Source: Planctomycetota bacterium (lineage in GTDB: Bacteria; Planctomycetota; B15-G4; SIAN01). From it: a DNA stretch of 64,000 nucleotides. Location of the stretch: assembly GCA_031409275.1 (NCBI GenBank), contig JANNXA010000016.1:96001-160000 (forward strand). Reading direction: 5' to 3'. The notes under the pieces are model-generated. The model was not told the origin of the DNA. It did no database searches and saw only the letters and a list, made by a program, of their open reading frames with translations. Shown here in pieces: positions 1 through 8,947 of the stretch. A program made the position numbers and the translations under genes. Each line of letters opens with the position of its first letter. Position 1 is the stretch's first letter.

Positions 1-58
1 CCTGCAAGAGCACTCGGGCGCTCCCTCCCGCCCCATCGCCGCGGCATCCTGCGCCGCC

Positions 59-340
59 ATGCAAGCGAGCCGGATTCTCTCGATCCTGTTGCGGCTGCAG
101 ACGCAGGGGCGCGTCTCGGCGCGCGCGTTGGCCGAGGTCTTCGAGGTCTCGGTGCGGACGATCTACCGCGACATCGATGCGTTGAGCGCGGCGGGTGTTC
201 CGGTCGTGGCGGAGAAGGGGCGCCACGGCGGCTTCGCGTTGCGCGATGGCTACCGCACGCGGCTCCGCCGGCTGGCCGATCGCGGCCGGATCGCGCCGGG
301 GCTGCTGGCCGACCTCGTGCTGGTCGAGGAGGCGGAGTGA
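59..340 (+). pseudogene. Truncated YafY/WYL-family regulator (HTH only) fused to an amidohydrolase C-terminal remnant
   Basis: N-terminus ...[29 protein letters not shown]...GRHGGF...GYRTRL is typical of the YafY HTH. No WYL domain follows. It switches to [18 protein letters not shown], an amidohydrolase C-terminal motif. Confidence 0.7.
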
Positions 341-565
341 ACGGTGGCGGACGGCGAAGGCGTGGATCGGCGGGAAGCTCGCCTACGACCGAGCGCGCGG
401 CGAGGACGTGGCCGCGCTCGAGGCGGCCGCACCACCGCCGCTCGAGTCGCGCGGTGGCGACGGCAAGAGCGGCGGCTGCTGCTCGAGCGCCGCTTCCCGC
501 CGCCGGGCCGGTCGTCCGCTCGCCGGAATCCTTGAGCCGAGCGCGCCGCGGTTCCGGCGGAGGGG

Positions 566-587
566 TCCTGAAGTCCCTGCTTCAGGA
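566..587 (+). promoter_or_regulatory. Perfect 8-bp inverted repeat overlapping the Shine-Dalgarno of the downstream lipoprotein gene
   Basis: TCCTGAAG-tccctg-CTTCAGGA; AGGAG at 584-588; ATG at 597. Confidence 0.4.
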
Positions 588-596
588 GCCACTCCG

Positions 597-2717
597 ATGA
601 ATCGTTCGATGCGCTTCCCGATCCTCTTGGCGACGGTCGCGGCGGCCGCGGCGTGCGGCGGCGGCGGCGGCAGCAGCCAGGCGAAGAAGGTCGTGACGCA
701 GCTCTCCGTCGACTTCCCGCCGGCGCGCTCGATGACGAGCAGCACGACCGTCACGATGCGCGGCCGGGCGAGCAACGGCGCCGACGTCGCCTCGCTACAG
801 GTGAACGGCATCCAGGCCGCCAGCGCCGACGGCTTCCAGAACTGGACCGCCACGGTGTCGCTGCCCGTCGCCTCCAACACGCTGCGCGCGGTCGCGACCG
901 ATCGCGTCGGGCGTACGCTCGGGCCGATCGACCGGACGGTCGAGATCTCGACACCGCCGGTCAGCCCGCAGCGGCCCACCGTCGACCCGAATCGCCAGCA
1001 ACTCCTCCTCGGCCAGGGCAATCTCGATCCGTTCGGGCTCGTCGCGCTCGACGTCCCGACCGGGCGGTTCGTCGCCGTCTCGGGTCCGACCCGCGGCGCC
1101 GGGGCGTCCTTCGACGGGTTCGTGATGTCGGTGGCGGTCGACGCCGCGTCCGACGTGGCCTACGTCGTCGAGTTCCTCCCGACCCGCATCCGCGAACTCG
1201 ATCTCGCCAGCGGCGATCGCGCCATCCTCTCCGACGACGCGAGCGCCGGCCCCGACCTCGACTTCCCGACGGACGCCGACCTCGACTTGCCTCGGAACCG
1301 CCTCCTGGTGGCCGATCGCGACTTGAGGGCGATCGTCGCCGTCTCCCTCGCCGACGGCTCGCGGTCGATCCTCTCCGACGCCACCCACGGGAGCGGGCCG
1401 GCGTTCAACCTGCCGGACTCGATCCAGGTGGTCGCGAACCAGGGACGCGCGCTGGTCGGGGACGTGATCCTGGGCGCGCTCGTCTCGGTCGACCTCGCCA
1501 GCGGCGCGCGATCGATCGTCTCCGATGCGACGCGCGGCTCGGGCCCGGCGTTCGTCTCGATCGGCGACGTGGCCTTCGACCTCGCGAGCGGCGCGGCGCT
1601 GGTCGTCGACCAGAGCCTCGAGGCGCTCCTCCGCGTCGACCTCGTCACCGGCAACCGGACGATCGTGAGCGACCGGACGACCGGCGGCGGCGCCGCGCTG
1701 CGGTCGCCCGTCGGCGTCACGCTGCTCGCGGACGGGAGCGGCCGGGCGGTGCTGGTCGACAGCGGGCAGGGGACGCTCCTGGCCGTCGACCTCGCGACCG
1801 GCGCCCGGACCGACCTCGAGACGCTGCGGATCGGCGCCGGCCAGCGCCTGGGGCGGGCGAACATCGTCGCGGCGAACCCGGTGAACGGCCACCTCTTCAC
1901 CGCCGGCTTCGACTCGGCGAACCTCTTCGAGATCGACCCGGCGACGGGCGACCGCGCCGTGGTCGCCTCGGAGACGCGCGGCAGCGGGCCGGCGCTCGGG
2001 TTCGTCGTCGCCCTCGCCGTCGCGCCGTCCCTGCGCAAGGCGTTCGTCGCGGACATCGCGCTCGACGGGCTGTTGGCCGTGGACCTCTTCAACGGCGACC
2101 GGACCATCGTCTCGAGCGACTCGATCGGCTCCGGCCCCGCCTTCGACACGCTCGATGCGATCACGATCGACGAGGGCCGGAACCTCGCGATCGTCATGAG
2201 CGAGACCTTCGGCGGCGGCGGCGCCCGGCGCCTGCTGAACGTCGACCTCGCGACCGGCGATCGCAGCGAGCTCTCGGGGCCGACGCGCGGCTCGGGACCG
2301 GCCGCCTTCCGGATCGAGTCGCTGGCGCTCTCCGCCGACGGGATCACGCTCTTCGCCGTGGACGTCGGCCTGCGCGCCGTCTTCCGGATCGATCGCGCCT
2401 CGGGCGACCGGACGATCGTCTCGGACGCGACGACCGGCAGCGGCCCCTCGGTCTCCTTCCTCCAGCCGGGACTCGTGCTCTCGGCCGACGAGGAGAAGGC
2501 CTACATCGTCGACTTCAACTCCGGCCTGCTGGAGGTCGATCTCGCCACCGGCAACCGCGTTGCGCTCGCCGGCCCCACGGTCGGCTCCGGCCCGCAGATC
2601 CAGGGCAGCCTCGCCTTCGGCACCGCGCCCGATCGACTCTTCTCGACCGCCTTCGGCAGCTTCGGCGTCCTCGAGATCGACCTCGCGACCGGCGACCGCG
2701 TGATCGTCTCGCACTGA
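597..2717 (+). CDS. Lipoprotein with an Ig-like N-terminal domain and 12 beta-propeller-type repeats
   Basis: SD AGGAG before ATG 597; lipobox AAAC followed by GGGGGSS; 12 copies of the consensus VDLATGDRTIVSDxTRGSGP. Confidence 0.8.
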   Translation: MNRSMRFPILLATVAAAAACGGGGGSSQAKKVVTQLSVDFPPARSMTSSTTVTMRGRASNGADVASLQVNGIQAASADGFQNWTATVSLPVASNTLRAVATDRVGRTLGPIDRTVEISTPPVSPQRPTVDPNRQQLLLGQGNLDPFGLVALDVPTGRFVAVSGPTRGAGASFDGFVMSVAVDAASDVAYVVEFLPTRIRELDLASGDRAILSDDASAGPDLDFPTDADLDLPRNRLLVADRDLRAIVAVSLADGSRSILSDATHGSGPAFNLPDSIQVVANQGRALVGDVILGALVSVDLASGARSIVSDATRGSGPAFVSIGDVAFDLASGAALVVDQSLEALLRVDLVTGNRTIVSDRTTGGGAALRSPVGVTLLADGSGRAVLVDSGQGTLLAVDLATGARTDLETLRIGAGQRLGRANIVAANPVNGHLFTAGFDSANLFEIDPATGDRAVVASETRGSGPALGFVVALAVAPSLRKAFVADIALDGLLAVDLFNGDRTIVSSDSIGSGPAFDTLDAITIDEGRNLAIVMSETFGGGGARRLLNVDLATGDRSELSGPTRGSGPAAFRIESLALSADGITLFAVDVGLRAVFRIDRASGDRTIVSDATTGSGPSVSFLQPGLVLSADEEKAYIVDFNSGLLEVDLATGNRVALAGPTVGSGPQIQGSLAFGTAPDRLFSTAFGSFGVLEIDLATGDRVIVSH

Positions 2718-2752
2718 AGGCCAGGATGCCGCAGTCGAGGTAGCGGCAGAGC

Positions 2753-2950
2753 GTCGAAGTCAGCGATCGCGGGGCGCTCGCGTACCAGCTCTTCGCCGGT
2801 GTGGGCTGGCGCGCCACGGACGCTCTCGAGCGGACGATGGAAGGCCGTTATCCGGGCACGCGTGGTGTCGAGCTCGAAGGCGCGTGAAACTCCTTCGACG
2901 CCGACGATGAGCACCTCGGCGTGCTGCTTGGCATGCGCTGGCTGCTCTGA
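2753..2950 (+). pseudogene. Degenerate C-terminal fragment of an outer-membrane beta-barrel protein
   Basis: Reads VEVSDRGALAYQLFAGVGWRATDALERTMEGRYPGTRGVELEGA*NSFDADDEHLGVLLGMRWLL*. It has the AYQxxAGVG and terminal GMRW beta-strand pattern, an in-frame TGA at 2885-2887 and no start codon. Confidence 0.5.
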
Positions 2951-3190
2951 GCGACGGCGACGCCCCTCACGGGCGGCTGGATTCCGGAGTCGGCTGGACT
3001 CGATCTGCACCACGAACAAGTCCTGGTGTCGGTGGGACTTCAGCCGCCAGCCGAAGCGTGTGCACCGCTCGCTCGCGATCTGAAGTCCGAGCACGAGCCG
3101 CGAGCCTTCGACCTCGACGCGCACGCACCCGCGAGTACCGAGCGCTCCGCGACCAGCCGATCATCGTGCGAGGCGCAGGCGGCGAGTCGC

Positions 3191-4651
3191 TCACACCAGC
3201 CGCAGCACCGACACGAGTCCGCCCTTCTGCGCGACGTTGACGACCCGGCGACGCGAACCACGACCCAGCACGCCGAGGCGCTGCTCGCTGGCGTAGAGGC
3301 CGAGCACCGTGAAGTAATCGGCGAGGCCGACGTTGCCCTCTTCGTCGATGACGGGGAAGTCCTTCTCGGCGACCGGACGGTAGCCCTGCACGACCCAGCT
3401 GCCGGGGTTCTTCACGCCGCGATCGATCGCCTGCTCCCACGCGCGCTCGGAACAGTCGAGCCCGACCAGGATGCCCGATCCGCCGTAGCTGCGATTGGGC
3501 TTGAGCAGCAGCGACTCGCGTTCGCGCGCGAGCCACGGCAAGAGGTCGATCGACTCGCCCTTGGGCGACGTGGTGCGCCCGGCGTCGACGAGCCGCGTCC
3601 AGGGCACGTGGCGCTTGAAGAGTCGCCGCTCGTTCGCCGTGAAATGGCGGGCGAAGCGCTCCTCGGTGAAGAGATGGAACGCGCTCTTGTGGTCGAACTC
3701 GCCGGCCAGCGAGCTGATGCAGCGGCCGCTCTTCAGAGCGTGCTTGATGCCGCTCATGTCGACGCCCGACTCCTCCTGCGCGGCGAGGTCGTTGATCTCG
3801 TGGTCGCGGTAGATGATGTCGATCCCGTGTTCCACGCTGCCGCCCGCCGCCGCCGGCCGCTCTTCGACGTAGACCAGCTCGCCATCCTTCACGCGCAGCT
3901 CGCGCGGATCGACGTGCCAGCAGTTGACCCCCAGCGCGCGGAAGAACTTGACGTTCTCGGGGAACTCCTCGACGCCGCCCTTCAACCCCTTGTATTGGCA
4001 GAGCGCGACGTTGAAGCGGTGGAGCTTCAAGTCGCGCGCGTGGTCGGCCAGCACTTCGAGCATCACGAGACGCGGGTCGTCGTTCATCTCGAGCAGCAGC
4101 GTCGGCGCCAGCTTGCGCAGCTCCGGCACCAGCGTCTTCAGCAGGATCGCGTCGGTCGCAGGGGCGAGGTAGGTGCCGCCGGCGCCGATCGGGTTGTATT
4201 CGAAGAATTGCGTGCTCTTCACCCAGTCCTTCACGCCGAAGTCGCTCGTCGCGTCCCAGCGCCCGAAGAGGACGTCCGCCTGCTTGCCGCCGAGCTCGGT
4301 GAGCCAGCGCTCCTCGCGCGGCGTCATCGCGAGGCAGCGGCGCGCCTCGGGCACCTCGCGCCAGAGGCGGTAGAGCTTCTGCCACGCCCCCTCCATCACC
4401 CGGCAGATCTGGTGGAGGTAGTTGCGCTGGTTGCCGCCGAGGACACGCGGACGCAGCAGGATCGGCGTCGGCTGCGGCTTGCCGTCCTCATCCTCGTAGA
4501 CGACGCCGCGCGCGAGCCCCTCCTCGCGCACCTGCCGCTTCACCGCCCTCAACACGTCCGGCGGGATCATCTGCAGCATCTCGTTCAGCGACGAGCCGAG
4601 GCTGTCCTTCAGGTTGACGAATTTGACCGGCAGGTGCTTCGTCTTCCCCAT
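3191..4651 (-). CDS. Circularly permuted ATP-grasp / glutathionylspermidine-synthase-like ligase
   Basis: GRWD, FFEYN, DIIYR, HVPWTRLV, LLLKPNRSYGGSGILVG and WVVQ motifs. Confidence 0.75.
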   Translation of the reverse strand: MGKTKHLPVKFVNLKDSLGSSLNEMLQMIPPDVLRAVKRQVREEGLARGVVYEDEDGKPQPTPILLRPRVLGGNQRNYLHQICRVMEGAWQKLYRLWREVPEARRCLAMTPREERWLTELGGKQADVLFGRWDATSDFGVKDWVKSTQFFEYNPIGAGGTYLAPATDAILLKTLVPELRKLAPTLLLEMNDDPRLVMLEVLADHARDLKLHRFNVALCQYKGLKGGVEEFPENVKFFRALGVNCWHVDPRELRVKDGELVYVEERPAAAGGSVEHGIDIIYRDHEINDLAAQEESGVDMSGIKHALKSGRCISSLAGEFDHKSAFHLFTEERFARHFTANERRLFKRHVPWTRLVDAGRTTSPKGESIDLLPWLARERESLLLKPNRSYGGSGILVGLDCSERAWEQAIDRGVKNPGSWVVQGYRPVAEKDFPVIDEEGNVGLADYFTVLGLYASEQRLGVLGRGSRRRVVNVAQKGGLVSVLRLV

Positions 4652-4728
4652 GGCTCGGGATCATCGCGCGCCGCAGTGTCGACGCCAAGCATGGGAATCT
4701 CGGCCACGCACGACCCCGGGGCGACGCG

Positions 4729-6195
4729 CTACGCGAGGATCTCGCGCAGGACCGTTCCGTGCACGTCGGTGAGCCGCCGCTCGATGCCGTTGTGGTACCA
4801 GCTGAGCCGTTGGTGATCGAGGCCGAGCAGATGGAGCAGCGTCGCGTGCAGGTCGTAGATGGTCGTCACGCCGTCGACCGCCTTCCAGCCGAAGTCGTCG
4901 GTGGCGCCGAAGCAAAACGGCGCTTTGACGCCCGCACCCGCAAGCCACACCGTGAACCCCTTCGGATTGTGGTCGCGACCGCTGGCCCCTTTCTGGAAGG
5001 TCGGCATGCGGCCGAACTCGGTGGTGAAGAGGACCAACGTCTCGTCGAGCAGTCCACGCTGCGCCAGGTCGTCGAGCAGCGCGGCGGCCGGCTGGTCGAG
5101 GATCGGCGCGTGGACGGCGTACTGCTCCGCGAGGTACTTGTGGCCATCCCAGTTGCCGACCCCTTCGCCCATCGCGTAGGAGCCATTGAAGAGCTGCACG
5201 AAACGGACGCCCGCTTCCAGCAGCCGGCGCGCCAGCACGCAGTTCTTCGCGAAGCCCGCCTTCAGCGCGTTGCCGTCGTCGCAACCGTAGGCGGCGCGCG
5301 TCGCGGCGCTCTCGGTGGAGAGGTCGCCGATCGCTGCCGCACGCAATTGCATGCGCCCCGCAAGTTCGAAGCTCGCGATGCGGGCCGCGAGATCGGCGTC
5401 GCCCGGGAAGCGCTCGAGCCGTTGCTGGTCGAGGCGACGGGTCAACGCGCGCGCGGCGTGATCGCTCGCTTCATCGAGGCCGGCGGGCCGCGCAAGATGT
5501 TCGATCGGCCGGTTCGCGCTGAACGGAGTGCCCTGGAAGACGGCGGGCAGGAACGCGCAGCCCCAGTGGTTGCCCATCGACTGCGGCAGTCCGCGCGGAT
5601 CGGGGATCGCCACGAACGCCGGGAGCTCTTCGCACTCGCTGCCGAGCGCGTAGCTCACCCAGGCCCCCATGCCTGGGAACCCCTCGAGCGTGAACCCGGT
5701 GCTCATCTGGTTCTCGCCCGGCCCGTGCGTGTTGCTCTTCGCGACCATGCCGTGGAGGAAGCACATGCGATCGACGTGGCGCGCGAGGTTTTTCAGCAGG
5801 TCGGACGTCCACTTGCCGCATTCGCCGCGCGGCGCGAACGACCACGGGCTGCGCGTGAGGTTGCCTTGCTCGCCCTGGAAGGTGACGAGTCCATCGCCGC
5901 CGGGGAGCGGTTGCCCGTCGCGCTTGTGGAGTTCCGGCTTCCAATCGAACGTGTCGAGGTGCGACAGCGCGCCCGAGCAGTAGATCACCAGCACCCGCTT
6001 GGCGCGCGGCGCGAAGTGAGGCGAGCGAGCGCGCAGCGGTGCCGACGGATCGATGCTCGGACGGATCGGCGAGCCGTCGTCCAGGCGAGCGGCGGGCCAC
6101 GGCGCCGCACCGCGCGCACGCTCGGCGAGCAGGGCCGCCAACGCGATCTGCGCCAGACCGTTCGCGCCGGAAGCGAGGAAGTCGCGTCGATTCAT
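4729..6195 (-). CDS. DUF1501 family protein (Tat-exported, sulfatase-like; typical of planctomycetes)
   Basis: MNRRDFL Tat motif; HFAPRAKRVLVIY, SHLDTFDWKP, ARRLLEAGVRFVQL, WDGH, EFGRMP, GRDHNP, DLHATLLHLLG, RRLTDVHG. Confidence 0.92.
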   Translation of the reverse strand: MNRRDFLASGANGLAQIALAALLAERARGAAPWPAARLDDGSPIRPSIDPSAPLRARSPHFAPRAKRVLVIYCSGALSHLDTFDWKPELHKRDGQPLPGGDGLVTFQGEQGNLTRSPWSFAPRGECGKWTSDLLKNLARHVDRMCFLHGMVAKSNTHGPGENQMSTGFTLEGFPGMGAWVSYALGSECEELPAFVAIPDPRGLPQSMGNHWGCAFLPAVFQGTPFSANRPIEHLARPAGLDEASDHAARALTRRLDQQRLERFPGDADLAARIASFELAGRMQLRAAAIGDLSTESAATRAAYGCDDGNALKAGFAKNCVLARRLLEAGVRFVQLFNGSYAMGEGVGNWDGHKYLAEQYAVHAPILDQPAAALLDDLAQRGLLDETLVLFTTEFGRMPTFQKGASGRDHNPKGFTVWLAGAGVKAPFCFGATDDFGWKAVDGVTTIYDLHATLLHLLGLDHQRLSWYHNGIERRLTDVHGTVLREILA

Positions 6196-6214
6196 CGGCA
6201 GCCTCGAGGGCACG

Positions 6215-8893
6215 TCATTCGATCCACAGGAACTCGCTGGCCGCGAGCAGCGCGCGGCAGCACGTCGCAAGGCCGTGGTCGCGCGCCACGGCGACCGCCT
6301 CGGCGCGTTCCGCGCCACTCGAAGCGCGGCCGAACGCCGATTCGAAGGCGCGCCCCACCTGCGCCTCGAGATCGCCGGGCCGCTCGCGCTCGAGCCGCGC
6401 CGCGAAGCGCTGCGCGACGTCGATCACGAAGGGCGAGTGCGTCAGCGCGAGCGCCTGCAGCGGCGTGATCGCGCTGCCGCGGCGCGGGCAGGGCTGGCCG
6501 CCGTCGGGCAGGTCGAACGTCGCGAAGGTCGGTTCGGGATGCATGCGCACGCGCTGCAGGTAGATCGTGCGACGGAAGTCGGAGCGATCGAACTCGAGCT
6601 TCGGCTCGTAGACGCGCACGTAGTTGTCATTTCGCGCGAAGGGCGAGGCGCTCGGCCCGCCCATCGTCAGGTCGAGCGCGCCCGCGACCGCGAGCATCGA
6701 GTCGCGAATCGCTTCCGCCGGAAGGCGGCGCGGCGCGAAGCGCCACAGCCAGCGACCGCCGGCGTCGGCGGCCTGCGCATCGGCGCGCGGCGCGCTCGCC
6801 TGCCGATAGGTCGCGGACAGCAGCAGTCGCCGATGCAACGCCTTCATGCTGCCGCCGCTCGCAACGAAGTCGCACGCCAGCGTGTCGAGCAGTTCGGGAT
6901 GGCTTGGCCGCGTGCCCATCGCGCCGAAGTCGCTCGGCGTCTCGACGAGGCCGCGCCCGAAGTGGTGCTGCCAGATCCGATTGACCATCACGCGCGCCGG
7001 CAGCGGGTTGCCAGGCGCGACGATCCACTCGGCCAGCGCGCGCCGTCGCGCGGGCTCGCCGGCGTCCGGAGCGAGCACGAACGGAACGTCGATCCGCACG
7101 AGGCCGCCGGGCGCGACCGCTTCGCGCGGCTCCATCGGGTTGCCGCGCTCGAGGAGATGGGTTTCGGCCGGCATCGCAGCGAAACGGCCGGCGAAGAGCG
7201 TCGGCTCCGGTCCGCGCGGCGGACGGCGGTCGTCCGAACTCGCGACGATGCGCCAGCCGACGCCATCGACGAGCGCCTCGATGCGGTAGGCGGTGGCCAC
7301 TCGATCGCGGTACGTCCCGGTCCGATCGCGCCCCCACGAGACGGTGTCGATGGCGGTCGGTCGCGCGAACTCGATCTCGACCCAGCCCTCACGCTCGGCG
7401 GGAATCCAGCTCCAGTCGTTGCCGTAGCGGCCGTCATTCACGTGGTCGAGCGTGTGGCGCGGATTGCCGACGTAGACGCTCGACGCACGCGCGACGGCGC
7501 CCTGCGACGCCAACGCGACGTTTGCGCGCGTCGTGCCGGCGTCGGTCGCCGGTTCGCCGACGGAGAGCACCTCGATCTCGTCGAGGCACGGCTCGGCGTC
7601 GCTGGAGGCGAGGACGGTGAAGCGCACGCGCGTCGCCACGATGGGCGCGAAGCGGTCGACGTTCTGCTCCGGCGCGACCGGCTCGCGACCCGGCAGCGCG
7701 CCGACGACGGCCGCGCCGCGCCATGGCCGGCTCGCCAGTTCGACTCCGGCGAAGCAGGCGCGCAACGCGTAGTAGTCGCGCTGATCGATCGGGTCGAACT
7801 TGTGGTCGTGGCACTTCGCGCAACCGACGGTGAGGCCGAGCAGCGCGGCGCTGGTCGTCGCGACCATGCCATGCAGCTCGTCGTCGCGCTGGACGGCGGT
7901 CAGCTCAGGATCGGGGCTCTTCACCTCGTCCCACGCGCCTGCGACGAGGAATCCCGTCGCCGCATCGGCTCCAAGCTGATCGCCGGCCAGCTGCGCGCGG
8001 ACGAAGTCGGTGAACGGCAGGTCGCGATTGAACGCCGCGATCACCCAGTCGCGATAAGGCCACGCATTGGCGCGCGGCTGGTTCATCTCGAAACCGTGCG
8101 TCTCGGCGAAACGCACCACGTCGAGCCAATCGACCGCGCAACGCTCGCCGTAGTGCGCCGACGCCAGCAGTCGGTCGATGCAGCGCACATACGCGCCGTC
8201 GAGGTCGACGCGCGCGTCGGCAACGAAGGCCGCGACCTCCTCGGGAGTCGGCGGCAACCCGGTCACGTCGAGCGTCGCGCGGCGAATCAGCGTGCGCGCA
8301 TCGGCCTCCGGCGAAGGCGCGAGACCGGCCGCCGCCAGCGACGCCGCGACGAACGCATCGAGCGGATCGCGGACGAAGCGGGCGAAGGGTGGCGAGTCGG
8401 GGGGCGGCGGCGCGGGCGATGCGCGCGGCAGCGCGAAGGCCCAGGTGTCGGGAAGCTCGTTGGTGGCGGCGACGGCATCGGTCACCGCGACGCCCTCGGG
8501 CCACGGCGCGCCGCCGCGGATCCAGCTCTCGAACGCGGCGACCGTCTCCTCTTCGAGCGCATGCGACGGTGGCATCTGCAGCTTCGCGTCGCTGCGGCGC
8601 AGCGCCTCGATCAGCGTGCTCGCCGCGGGATCGCCGGCGACGATCGCCGCGCCGCGCTTGCCGCCACGCAGCAGCGCCGCGCGCGAATCGACGCGCAGTC
8701 CGCTGCGCTGCTTCACGGGCCCGTGGCAACGAACGCACTCGCTCGTGAGCGTCGGCACGACGTGCGCCGCGAACGCCTCGGCGGCGGCCTGCACAGCGAC
8801 CTCGTCCTGCCCGCTCGCGCGGGCGAGCGGCACGAGCGTCGCCACCATCGCGGCGAGCGACCGGCGAAGGAGAAAGAGATGCGGCGCAGTCAC
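6215..8893 (-). CDS. Planctomycete cytochrome c domain + DUF1549/DUF1553 (PSD1) protein with a discoidin-like insert
   Basis: CVRCH heme motif; LIRRATLDVTGLPPT, YGER, WLDVVRFAET, CAKCHDHKFDPI, ARVMVNRIWQHHFGRGLV, PSHPELLD, PLQALAL. Confidence 0.92.
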   Translation of the reverse strand: MTAPHLFLLRRSLAAMVATLVPLARASGQDEVAVQAAAEAFAAHVVPTLTSECVRCHGPVKQRSGLRVDSRAALLRGGKRGAAIVAGDPAASTLIEALRRSDAKLQMPPSHALEEETVAAFESWIRGGAPWPEGVAVTDAVAATNELPDTWAFALPRASPAPPPPDSPPFARFVRDPLDAFVAASLAAAGLAPSPEADARTLIRRATLDVTGLPPTPEEVAAFVADARVDLDGAYVRCIDRLLASAHYGERCAVDWLDVVRFAETHGFEMNQPRANAWPYRDWVIAAFNRDLPFTDFVRAQLAGDQLGADAATGFLVAGAWDEVKSPDPELTAVQRDDELHGMVATTSAALLGLTVGCAKCHDHKFDPIDQRDYYALRACFAGVELASRPWRGAAVVGALPGREPVAPEQNVDRFAPIVATRVRFTVLASSDAEPCLDEIEVLSVGEPATDAGTTRANVALASQGAVARASSVYVGNPRHTLDHVNDGRYGNDWSWIPAEREGWVEIEFARPTAIDTVSWGRDRTGTYRDRVATAYRIEALVDGVGWRIVASSDDRRPPRGPEPTLFAGRFAAMPAETHLLERGNPMEPREAVAPGGLVRIDVPFVLAPDAGEPARRRALAEWIVAPGNPLPARVMVNRIWQHHFGRGLVETPSDFGAMGTRPSHPELLDTLACDFVASGGSMKALHRRLLLSATYRQASAPRADAQAADAGGRWLWRFAPRRLPAEAIRDSMLAVAGALDLTMGGPSASPFARNDNYVRVYEPKLEFDRSDFRRTIYLQRVRMHPEPTFATFDLPDGGQPCPRRGSAITPLQALALTHSPFVIDVAQRFAARLERERPGDLEAQVGRAFESAFGRASSGAERAEAVAVARDHGLATCCRALLAASEFLWIE

Positions 8894-8947
8894 GCCGAGA
8901 TCATCGCCGCATCGCTTCCGCTCGCAAGAGCCCGCGCCGAAGTCGCG

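Noticed and set aside
195..596. N-terminal extension of the 840-aa ORF
   Set aside because: SD and lipoprotein signal place the start at 597; the upstream part is pseudogene remnant and intergenic DNA.
2501..3124. 207-aa minus-strand ORF
   Set aside because: No recognisable motifs, and it overlaps the lipoprotein 3' end; the plus-strand barrel fragment explains the region better.
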